DNA of 64,000 nucleotides from the NCBI GenBank assembly GCA_946537515.1, contig CAMNFV010000001.1, positions 6,812-70,811 of the forward strand, in the 5' to 3' direction. Within the stretch, counting starts at the first letter, position 1; each line of letters opens with the position of its first letter. The notes beneath the pieces were generated by a model. That model was not told the origin of the DNA, did no database searches, and saw only the letters and a program-made list of their open reading frames with translations. Made by a program: the position numbers and the translations under genes. The DNA comes from an uncultured Ruminococcus sp. Its GTDB lineage: Bacteria; Bacillota; Clostridia; Oscillospirales; Ruminococcaceae. Below are positions 1 to 7,852 of the stretch, in pieces.

Positions 1-1345
1 ATTTATCAAAATCACAGCCGTATTCGCCGTCAGCGGCAAAATCCAAGCCGACACCGCTGTACGGAATGCCGAGCGCTTTGCAGATATGGTCCGCGGCAAG
101 ATACGAATTCTTCTCGTGCGTAATCGGTGACGGATGCCAGTCCGCGCCGATGCCGTCCTGCGTGATGTTATGCGTCGGAGATTCATAGCAGCTTGTTTTC
201 GGATCGTTGAATTCCTTGACGGCCGCCTCCAGATACGGATAGAGCTCCTGACAGCCCATGATTCCAAGCGTACAGATGATCGCCGCATCCGGATTGCACT
301 TGCGGATCTGCTTCAGAAACGCGAGATACTTTGTCTGATATTCCTTTGCGCGCGTTTCAAGTTCCTTGCTCGCATAGGAATCGTCGTTCGTGCCGAGATT
401 GACAAACACCGCATCAACCGGATGCGAAGCGAAATCCCACGGAACCGCATAATCACTCGATTTTGCAACATTTTCATAAACCGGCGGAACGAGCGAGTCC
501 TCATTTTTCGAGCCGTCACTCGTATAGCCGGATACAATGCCGTAGCCGCTGTAGCTGACTGCGCTGTAATCTGCATCGAGAAGCTGCGCGGTCAGATACG
601 CATAGGATTTTGAAAAATCCTCGGTCGCAGTCTCAAATCCGACATACTGCGAATCCGCGCCGACACCGTAAGCGCAGGTAATCGAATCACCGACGAATTC
701 GATTGTCAAGTCCTTCTTTGCGGTCGGCTGAACAGGTTTTGCAGCCGATGATTTCACATCAAACTGCTTGACGCCGATCGCGCCGTTATTCGCTTCGGAA
801 AGATGCATGACCTTGACTTTCGCTGTTCGTTTCGCCGTTCCGGAAAACAGCTCCACAACCTGTTCTGATTCACCCATGACAACATCCTTGATGAGCTTCC
901 CGTCCACATAGACACCGTAGCGCGGACGGTATTTCGCATCGGACCTGACATTGCCGTCGCCCTCGATCGTGACGCTCGCAGCAACACCGGTAACGGTACA
1001 CTCAACCGCTGAACCGCTGTGTACAAGCCAGGTCACACCCTCTTTGGTGACGGTTCTTCCGATCAGCTTGGTCTGCTCGGTAATCGCAGTCACCGTCTGA
1101 TCGCGAACCTCTCCGGTATCGGCATTGGCTTCCGCGAGCACCGCACGCTTCATCAGCGTTAAGTCGATCGCGTTGACAATGCCGTCCCCGTTGAAGTCGT
1201 CTGCCTTTGTCATGGTGCCGTTTGTCGTCAGCGTTTTCACCAGATGCCGTACATCGTTTCCGGAAGCTGCATCCGCCGTAATCGGCAGAACAGCCTGCAA
1301 TATCAGCATCGCCGCGACAAATACGGCAATTTTCTTTGTTTGCAT
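1..1345 (-). CDS. CE2-like acetyl-xylan esterase (SGNH hydrolase) with signal peptide and N-terminal dockerin-like Ca-loop. The C-terminus runs off the window.
   Basis: Absent from the ORF track because it has no stop inside the window. My minus-strand translation starts at ATG 1345, with GGGGAGGG 7 nt upstream: MQTKKIAVFVAAMLILQAVLPITADA. It continues through DFNGDGIVNAIDLTLMKRAV, a beta-sandwich region, then IEFVGDSITCAYG (GDS block), VNLGTNDD and GADWHPS. The frame is open to position 1. Confidence 0.8.
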   Translation of the reverse strand, partial: MQTKKIAVFVAAMLILQAVLPITADAASGNDVRHLVKTLTTNGTMTKADDFNGDGIVNAIDLTLMKRAVLAEANADTGEVRDQTVTAITEQTKLIGRTVTKEGVTWLVHSGSAVECTVTGVAASVTIEGDGNVRSDAKYRPRYGVYVDGKLIKDVVMGESEQVVELFSGTAKRTAKVKVMHLSEANNGAIGVKQFDVKSSAAKPVQPTAKKDLTIEFVGDSITCAYGVGADSQYVGFETATEDFSKSYAYLTAQLLDADYSAVSYSGYGIVSGYTSDGSKNEDSLVPPVYENVAKSSDYAVPWDFASHPVDAVFVNLGTNDDSYASKELETRAKEYQTKYLAFLKQIRKCNPDAAIICTLGIMGCQELYPYLEAAVKEFNDPKTSCYESPTHNITQDGIGADWHPSPITHEKNSYLAADHICKALGIPYSGVGLDFAADGEYGCDFDK

Positions 1346-1374
1346 GGCAAACCCTCCCCTCATTTAGTACTTTC

Positions 1375-1403
1375 ATTATAAAATATTCCAGCCCGCTTGT
1401 CAA
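1375..1403 (-). promoter_or_regulatory. SigA-type promoter for the CE2 gene
   Basis: Minus strand reads TTGACA (1403-1398), a 17-nt spacer, then TATAAT (1380-1375), about 30 nt upstream of the start codon. Confidence 0.6.
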
Positions 1404-1454
1404 TGATGAATCATCTTATCGCACAGCACAATCGTATAATTTTCAATATCAATC

Positions 1455-1490
1455 AAAAAATCCCGCACAGTCTCCTGTACGGGATTTTTT
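1455..1490. terminator. Bidirectional intrinsic terminator after the SpoIID-like gene
   Basis: AAAAAATCCCGCACAG-tctc-CTGTACGGGATTTTTT. The hairpin has one mismatch and is flanked by an A-run and a T-run. Confidence 0.7.
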
Positions 1491-1508
1491 CACATTCATA
1501 TATACGGA

Positions 1509-2801
1509 TCACATATCCTGCGTGGACTGATCCGCCGGTGTCTCTCCTGAATCCATACCGGTCACGGCATTCTGCTCAGCAGAAGCATTCGCATCAGACT
1601 GATACACAAATTCAAACTTCGGAGACTTCAAACCAAGTACGCCTCTAAGGTCATTGCCCTTCACGCGAACTTGCCCGCCGATGAGCGCGCTGGCTACATA
1701 GCCGCCGTCACCGTACTCAAGTTGAATCCAATCATATGGGTTGCCTGTCAGGGTAACATGGTAAGTGTTTTCGAGTTTGGATTTGAGATCAGCAGACTGA
1801 AATACCTTCGTGCTGTTGAAATGCGGATCGGAAGATTCGTCATGTCTGACGGGAACGCTCTGCAAATAAGGAAGATCTGCATAAAAAACATCCTTGCAGG
1901 AAGCAGTTGCACCGCCGCTGGATGCATAGAACGATGTGAGTGCCGGAGCGTTCTCATAATACACAACGATACCGAGAACGGATCGAACAGCATCCACGAT
2001 TTTTTCGGACGGATTCGGTTTGCAGATCATACCCGCGCCATATCCGTTATACAGATAGTAGGTATAAGCCGCAACTGCCTGTGCCTTAATGGCTTCGACA
2101 GAGAAGGAATCGCCCATTTCGTTATTGACGATCTGGGAAAGAATCGAAACAACGGTATCGGTCTTTCCGCCGACTGTCATGGTTTCCCATTCCGAAGTAC
2201 CGGTCTGAACCAGCATCGTTCCGGGATAGTAGAGACTTAAAATCTGGTCATACGTCCAACCGTCATACATTGCATAGAAGTTTGCGCCATTCTGGCTCAT
2301 ACCGACGCCGTGTCCGAAACCGGAGGAATAGAACACAACGCTGCCGGGTTCAGCGGCAATGGTTTCACGAGCAGTCACAACAGGTTCTTCATAGGTTGTG
2401 ACGGCAGACGTTACGGTGGTTATATTTGTTTCGCTGTCATCTGTGACAGCAGTTGTCGTTGCAGTAGTAGTCGTTGGCGTTTCGTCCGGCTCAGATTCAA
2501 CTGCCTCATACCGAACAAGCATAAGGCTGTCATCATATTCATAAAGATCAGCCTTCCGCAAATCGGCAACTTCATATGCGTCTGCACCCGACTGAAGGCT
2601 GCTGCGCGAGTCGGCAGGTCCCAAAACGGCTTGTACGTCCGTTTCGATCTCAAAGCCTCCTGTTGTAGCGGCAAACGCAGTATTGGCAGCTCCTGAGCGC
2701 AGCATGGCGTCTCTGTCGCTCTGAATTGCACATGTACTGGTGAAACACAGAGCCATTGCAACCAGAATCGCCACGCGGTTTCTTCGCGTTCGAGCTTGCA
2801 T
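1509..2801 (-). CDS. SpoIID/LytB-domain protein (cell-wall amidase enhancer / lytic transglycosylase family), secreted, with a Thr-rich linker
   Basis: ORF 1509-2828. I prefer ATG 2801 (MQARTRRNRVAILVAMALCF) because GGAGAG lies 5 nt upstream. Motifs: SSGFGHGVGMSQNGANFYA and FYASSGGATAS. Confidence 0.8.
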   Translation of the reverse strand: MQARTRRNRVAILVAMALCFTSTCAIQSDRDAMLRSGAANTAFAATTGGFEIETDVQAVLGPADSRSSLQSGADAYEVADLRKADLYEYDDSLMLVRYEAVESEPDETPTTTTATTTAVTDDSETNITTVTSAVTTYEEPVVTARETIAAEPGSVVFYSSGFGHGVGMSQNGANFYAMYDGWTYDQILSLYYPGTMLVQTGTSEWETMTVGGKTDTVVSILSQIVNNEMGDSFSVEAIKAQAVAAYTYYLYNGYGAGMICKPNPSEKIVDAVRSVLGIVVYYENAPALTSFYASSGGATASCKDVFYADLPYLQSVPVRHDESSDPHFNSTKVFQSADLKSKLENTYHVTLTGNPYDWIQLEYGDGGYVASALIGGQVRVKGNDLRGVLGLKSPKFEFVYQSDANASAEQNAVTGMDSGETPADQSTQDM

Positions 2802-3120
2802 AGTTTCTCTCCAATATATCAATCTCACCGGGTTAGCCCGGCTTTATTTCCCCAAGATTGCTGTGGGGATTTTGTCTAATCGTTTGTGTCCTCCCTTCGC
2901 CGTCCGGCCGATCCCAATCCGACCTTTCAGCGCGCGCCATCCGGGAACGACGCGTTGTTCTGCGTCGCAGTTTTCCTGCGTACATCTCTCTGTTAAGCTG
3001 ATAGATCTCAGATCGCGGAGATGTGCTCCGCAGCTCCCGCCGCGGGTGAGGGTGGCCGTTCGCTCACCGCTCAGATACGATTTGAGACAGCATAACCGAA
3101 AGAAAACAGTCCGCACAAAG
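2802..3120 (-). promoter_or_regulatory. Candidate structured 5' leader or riboswitch-like element upstream of the SpoIID-like gene; class unassigned
   Basis: GC-rich spacer of about 320 nt with no credible ORF. It contains a closing helix AAUCGU...ACGAUU and several perfect local hairpins: GGUGAG/CUCACC, GCGGAG/CUCCGC, CGCAG/CUGCG, GACGC/GCGUC, UCCCCA/UGGGGA and CCGGG/CCCGG. Confidence 0.35.
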
Positions 3121-3193
3121 CGGAAACAAGTACGTTTACCTCCTTGACATCCCATTTCCCTTCAGTTTGATTTCGGTGAAATCAAAACCTGAA

Positions 3194-4765
3194 TTACGTA
3201 TTCGGGCCATATGGCACGAACTTCTTGGGATCGTAATTAACAGGGCGGCCTCCTTTGTAGTAGGCCTTAGGGTACAGCACATTGTCATTCAATGTGGCAT
3301 TCTCTGTTCCCTCTTTGGGGTCCTCGCCTTCATCGGCGCGGACTTCTCGACACATCAGAATCAGCTTGGCATTGGGAACCAGTCCGTTGCACGTGTACAG
3401 CGACAAGAGTTGATCTCCATACCGCACATCAACATCCGTGTTGATCATGGTGCGTTTCTTTGCTTCGTTAACATAATCATAGAACGACGCTTCGTCGGGG
3501 AAATCCAACGTATTCCAGCAATCAAAGGCATATTCAGAAGTATAATCCTCGCCGTCTACAACAAAGATTGCAAAGATTTTGAACTGATATTCCTTATAGA
3601 GGGAATAATAATTTACGATCGGGTGTGCGCGGTAGAATGACGGATTGTTGATATAGTCGCGCAGACTTCCGAACATCGTTCTATTATTCATGTTGTGTCC
3701 GTAAATGAAAACATTTCCGGAGTTGTCGCAGATGCGACGGTGATCGACTACTTCATCAAAGTGATTCCGGAAGTCCATGAAAATACAGCCAGATTTGCTC
3801 TGTTCCTGTTTGAACGTCCGGTTCAGATAGTAGTCGTTCGGGTTCATGTTCGGATCACTTAGCTTTTGTTTTTGTACAACAGGATAACTGACCTCAGTAC
3901 CCTCGATATTGACATAGCCGACAACATCGGGGTTGATCGGGAGCAGCATCTTACCATACTCGTTGAGTTCCAGCCACTCGATCATTTCGCCAGTCTGGGG
4001 ATCCTCTACATAACTGTCATTTGAGAAATGCCTGTTCGCCTTTGCAGCATCAATCCGTGCCTGAATTTCCTGGTAGCTTTTTTTAGCCTTGTACAGGTCG
4101 ATATAATAGCTTCCGATCAGATATGTGCAGACACCGACAACAATCAGCGCGAGCGAAAAGACAATTTTCCGCATTGACTCAAATACAGAGTCGCCCTTCC
4201 AGGGTACAAAAAACTGCAAGATCTCCTTGAACGTATATTGGTTGCGCTTTTTCTTCCCGTTTTCCTTCCGCTGCCGCGGTGCCGCCTCCGAAACAACCTC
4301 CTCCCGAGTCACCGTGTGTGTCTCAGGTCTTGGCCGATCCGTATGCCGCACAGCAGCCTTTGGTCTTTCTGCAGGTGCAGTTGTGACCGCCTCCCGCCGG
4401 ACTCTCCGTCCTGCGGACGCTTCCGTTCTGCCGGAAGAATATTCGACATTCGGCTGTGCATCTTGTGTAGCGTGACGTTTTGCTTCGACTTCATCTAAAA
4501 TTGCCGATATGTCGTCCCGTTTATGACTCTGGCCTCTTTCCGTTTCCCGAAGAACATCTCTCAGCTTCTCCTCCGCTGAAATATCCGCACGTCCCGCGGC
4601 ACCCTTCAGCATCCGATGTGCACCGTATGTTCTCCCGGTCCCGTTCCGAGCGCCATTCGCCCGAAGCGAGGAATCATTCCCGGGTACTGCATTCTGCGCA
4701 CCGGCAGTTTCCTGCGGTGCATCAGGGCAGCTAGGTTCTTGATAGGGATTTTGCCTGATATCCAT
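3194..4765 (-). CDS. Class B sortase with a low-complexity cytoplasmic N-terminal extension of about 230 aa and one TM helix
   Basis: ORF 3194-4888. Start placed at ATG 4765 (MDIRQNPYQEP) with GGAGG 7 nt upstream. C-terminal domain motifs: IYGHNMNNRTMFGSLRDY and LLSLYTCNG (catalytic Cys). Confidence 0.8.
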   Translation of the reverse strand: MDIRQNPYQEPSCPDAPQETAGAQNAVPGNDSSLRANGARNGTGRTYGAHRMLKGAAGRADISAEEKLRDVLRETERGQSHKRDDISAILDEVEAKRHATQDAQPNVEYSSGRTEASAGRRVRREAVTTAPAERPKAAVRHTDRPRPETHTVTREEVVSEAAPRQRKENGKKKRNQYTFKEILQFFVPWKGDSVFESMRKIVFSLALIVVGVCTYLIGSYYIDLYKAKKSYQEIQARIDAAKANRHFSNDSYVEDPQTGEMIEWLELNEYGKMLLPINPDVVGYVNIEGTEVSYPVVQKQKLSDPNMNPNDYYLNRTFKQEQSKSGCIFMDFRNHFDEVVDHRRICDNSGNVFIYGHNMNNRTMFGSLRDYINNPSFYRAHPIVNYYSLYKEYQFKIFAIFVVDGEDYTSEYAFDCWNTLDFPDEASFYDYVNEAKKRTMINTDVDVRYGDQLLSLYTCNGLVPNAKLILMCREVRADEGEDPKEGTENATLNDNVLYPKAYYKGGRPVNYDPKKFVPYGPNT

Positions 4766-5291
4766 TTGAACGCCTCCATCATTTGCAGTTGAATCTGCTT
4801 CCGGACGGCCTAGAAACAGCGCGTCTTTCCGCAGAGAGCATCTGCACAGGTTATGCATGTGAGAGTCTGTACATCTCTCATTCAGCAATCATTCTCCTTA
4901 AAGGAGATTCACATTTCATGAGATTTCGCCGGATGCCGCCGGTCTCCCAACGACAGCATGTGCATCTGACAGGCAGAAACCGTGTCAGCGGCGCGGACGG
5001 AAGTTCCGCCGTTCCGCTCCGGAATCCCGCCGATCCGGTTCCGCGCAGGCTTTTCGTACTGTGATACGGCTGCTGGTACGCAGTCACCGGCTGTGCCGGC
5101 AGATCACAGTCCGGAAATCCGTTGATTCGCCGGACAGGACATGAAGCGAGTTTCGCTTCATCCGGTCAGAGCAGTCGCAGTTCCGGTATCATAACACGGG
5201 ATGCGCCTGACACTGATGTATTCGTTCAGAGAACAGTCTCACCGCTTCGCGGCAGTTGCCGCAGGCCGCAGTAAACCTATTCTCAATGAAC
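4766..5291 (-). ncRNA. Long GC-rich structured leader or candidate ncRNA between the promoter and the sortase start; class unassigned
   Basis: About 520 nt with no convincing ORF. Many perfect stems are present: AUGAAGCGA/UCGCUUCAU, GCGGCA/UGCCGC, CUGUGAU/AUCACAG, GCGCGGA/UCCGCGC, CUGACA/UGUCAG and CCGGC/GCCGG. Confidence 0.3.
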
Positions 5292-5321
5292 ATTGTACTA
5301 CATCTTGGGGTGTATTGTCAA
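5292..5321 (-). promoter_or_regulatory. SigA-type promoter driving the 4766-5291 leader/RNA
   Basis: Minus strand reads TTGACA (5321-5316), an 18-nt spacer, then TACAAT (5297-5292). Confidence 0.55.
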
Positions 5322-5452
5322 GGCATACACCGTATATTTTGTGGTTTGTTATAAATCGGGCAGGAATAATTTGTCGAAATTCAACATTCACTCCAAATCA
5401 TTATATGATATAATTGAGTATCAGCTTGCAAAATGTTCCACATGAAACATCA

Positions 5453-6664
5453 TCAGAGCATCTGCTCCTCGGAGATATGCTGCGCAAAGACTTTCTTTGT
5501 TGCACCTGCAACGGCCGCTTCGACCAGCGGCGCGAAATCGACCTCAGCCTGTGCAGCAGCCACATCCTCCAGATGCGGGCGCAGCTTCGGATGCCGCGGC
5601 GTAAAGACCGTGCAGCAATCCTCATACGGCTGGATCGAGATATCAAATGTATCAATTTTGCGGGATATCTCAACGATTTCCGTCTTATCCATACCAATCA
5701 GCGGGCGCAGGACCGGCATTGTCGCGACAGCATCCGTGCATTGGAGTGCCGGGAGCGTCTGGCTCGCAACCTGACCGAGGCTTTCACCCGTAATGATCGC
5801 GCCGCATTCCTCACGCTCTGCAAGCCGGCACGCAATCTCCATCATCAGACGGCGCATCAGAATTGTGAAATATTCTTCCGGGCAATTCCGCTGAAGCTGT
5901 TCCTGAATCTCCGTAAACGGGACGCAATAGAACGCCATGCTGCCGCACCAGGGCGTCAGCTTCTCACAGAGCTGCTCGACCTTCAGCAGCGCACGTTCCG
6001 AGGTATACGGCGGCGAAGCAAAATGACATGCCGTCACGCGCAGACCGCGCTTCGCCATCATATAAGCTGCAACCGGGCTGTCAATTCCGCCGGAGAGCAG
6101 CAGCATCGCATTGCCTGCCGTCCCGACCGGCAATCCGCCCGCACCTCTCTCACGCGCCGCATGAACGTAAGCATTCTGATCGCGAATCTCAACCGTCACC
6201 GTAACATCCGGATGATTGACATCTACCGTCAGATGCGGATAGTGCTCCAGCAGAATCCCGCCGAGTTCGGCGCAGATCTGCGGCGACTTCATCGGAAATG
6301 CCTTATCAGCACGTTTCGCCTCAACCTTGAAGGTCTTGGCTGCATTCAATGCATCCGCCAGATACGGCACGGAACGCGCAGAAATATCCGCAAAGGATTT
6401 TTCACATGTCAGCGCACGCGCAAGTGCCGCAATGCCAAACACCTTTTTCAGGCGCGGCATCGCTGCAGCAAGCAGTTCGCCGCTGGCTTCATCCGTTTCC
6501 GCTTCCGGCACAACGTAGATCGTAGACTGCGCCTTGGAATACGAAAACTTACCGAGCTTTTTCAGCCGGTAACGGATATTTCGCAGAAGGACATCCTCAA
6601 AGGAGCCCCTGTTCAGTCCCTTGAGCGCCATTTCGCCGTATTTTACCAGAATAATCTCTCTCAT
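5453..6664 (-). CDS. thiI: tRNA 4-thiouridine(8) synthase / tRNA sulfurtransferase ThiI
   Basis: 403 aa. MREIILVKYGEMALKG (ferredoxin-like/THUMP N-terminus) and the PP-loop LLLSGGIDSPVAAYMMAKRG. RBS GAGG 8 nt upstream. Confidence 0.9.
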   Translation of the reverse strand: MREIILVKYGEMALKGLNRGSFEDVLLRNIRYRLKKLGKFSYSKAQSTIYVVPEAETDEASGELLAAAMPRLKKVFGIAALARALTCEKSFADISARSVPYLADALNAAKTFKVEAKRADKAFPMKSPQICAELGGILLEHYPHLTVDVNHPDVTVTVEIRDQNAYVHAARERGAGGLPVGTAGNAMLLLSGGIDSPVAAYMMAKRGLRVTACHFASPPYTSERALLKVEQLCEKLTPWCGSMAFYCVPFTEIQEQLQRNCPEEYFTILMRRLMMEIACRLAEREECGAIITGESLGQVASQTLPALQCTDAVATMPVLRPLIGMDKTEIVEISRKIDTFDISIQPYEDCCTVFTPRHPKLRPHLEDVAAAQAEVDFAPLVEAAVAGATKKVFAQHISEEQML

Positions 6665-6803
6665 GTCACAAACCTCGTTTATAATATAATCAGTTCAGCA
6701 GCTCCATTTTATACGGAGCCTCAATTTGATAGCAGAATCATGTTCGGAATATGATCTGCCTGACCAACCCCTTATATATAGTACATTTGTTAGTTTCAGG
6801 GTT

Positions 6804-7352
6804 TTACTTGTATGCATTTGAATCGCATTCTTCATTATGATCACTCCTTTTTGTTTCACATTCAGGATTACCGTTTTTTAGAATCCTAAATATAAAAACG
6901 CAATATACAATATATGCGAAAGCGCATGAAATATAGTTGTATCTTGATAAACCATATATTTCACTGTCTGAGAACAGTTTATCAAACAAGGGACTGAATG
7001 TAAATACGAATAACAATAATGCGATCATAATATTTTTCAATAATATGATTTTATGATACAAATAATCCCTGCTGTCAAACGCTTGCGGATTTGTAGCTAC
7101 CGATAATAAGTCTGCTGACTTATTTCTTATGAACCTGAAAACAAAGAAGCCAAGTGCGTACAGAACAAACCACTCAAATGCAGCTTGTTTATTGTTGCTG
7201 TTCAGCAAGACAATCGTAACGCTCCCAACAATGCTGTAAATAACAGATAGTATGCAAAGCGCCTTCTTCTTGCCTGCCAGTTCACTTGCATATTGTAAAT
7301 TTAGAATTGTAAATACGATTGGAATACAATTACCATATAAATTAGTATTCAT
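6804..7352 (-). CDS. Hypothetical multi-pass membrane protein in an AT-rich segment
   Basis: 182-aa ORF with 4-5 hydrophobic segments. No recognisable family and no clear Shine-Dalgarno. Locally AT-rich compared with its neighbours. Confidence 0.5.
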   Translation of the reverse strand: MNTNLYGNCIPIVFTILNLQYASELAGKKKALCILSVIYSIVGSVTIVLLNSNNKQAAFEWFVLYALGFFVFRFIRNKSADLLSVATNPQAFDSRDYLYHKIILLKNIMIALLLFVFTFSPLFDKLFSDSEIYGLSRYNYISCAFAYIVYCVFIFRILKNGNPECETKRSDHNEECDSNAYK

Positions 7353-7387
7353 AATATTAAAAATAATAGTATAATCCTGACAAAGCG

Positions 7388-7843
7388 TCAGGAGAATTCT
7401 GTTTTCTCATTCAGCAGCCGGTACATCGTGATCATATCCGGATTGTGCTGAAAGCCGTTTTTCAGATAAAAGTGCTCACTCGGATAGCCGCGCGTCGTTT
7501 GTAATACAATTCCGACACACCCTGCCGCACGCATTTCCTGTTCGATCTGCTGTATCATCCGACTGCCGATGCCTTTGCCCTGCACCTCCGCCGAGACACA
7601 GAACTCATCAATCACATATTCCTTACCATATAAATATGTACACACTCTGCCGGCAGCCAGCGCAAGAATCCGGCCGTCCTCCTCGTATACAAACCCGACA
7701 GAAAACGGTGTGCCCGTCAGCTCGGAGATGCGTGTTTCCGCAAGAGACTGTGTCCAGTTTTCATTCCACGGCTCCGCGGAGAATGCGCTGCAAAATACAT
7801 CTGCACAGCTTTGCAGGTCGCGCTGCTCATATTTTCTGATCAT
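7388..7843 (-). CDS. GNAT family N-acetyltransferase
   Basis: 151 aa. Acetyl-CoA-binding block VQGKGIGSRMIQQIEQEMRAAG. GAGGAA RBS. Confidence 0.8.
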   Translation of the reverse strand: MIRKYEQRDLQSCADVFCSAFSAEPWNENWTQSLAETRISELTGTPFSVGFVYEEDGRILALAAGRVCTYLYGKEYVIDEFCVSAEVQGKGIGSRMIQQIEQEMRAAGCVGIVLQTTRGYPSEHFYLKNGFQHNPDMITMYRLLNEKTEFS

Positions 7844-7852
7844 GTATATTCC

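Noticed and set aside
2802-3120. Firm assignment of the SpoIID leader to the c-di-AMP (ydaO) riboswitch class
   Set aside because: Only short partial matches are present, and the conserved ACGGGGGA/CCCA and GGGGUGAAUC blocks are not evident. It is reported as unassigned, with ydaO as a hypothesis to test.
2740-3155. ORFs 2740-3147(+) 135 aa and 2844-3155(-) 103 aa
   Set aside because: - They overlap each other inside the GC-rich hairpin-dense spacer.
- Both are Arg/Cys-rich, with no RBS and no motif.
- I interpret the region as structured RNA rather than coding sequence.
4783-5087. ORFs 4878-5087(-) 69 aa and 4783-5064(+) 93 aa
   Set aside because: They form a mutually antisense pair with no RBS and low-complexity Arg/Cys/Pro content, inside the putative structured leader.
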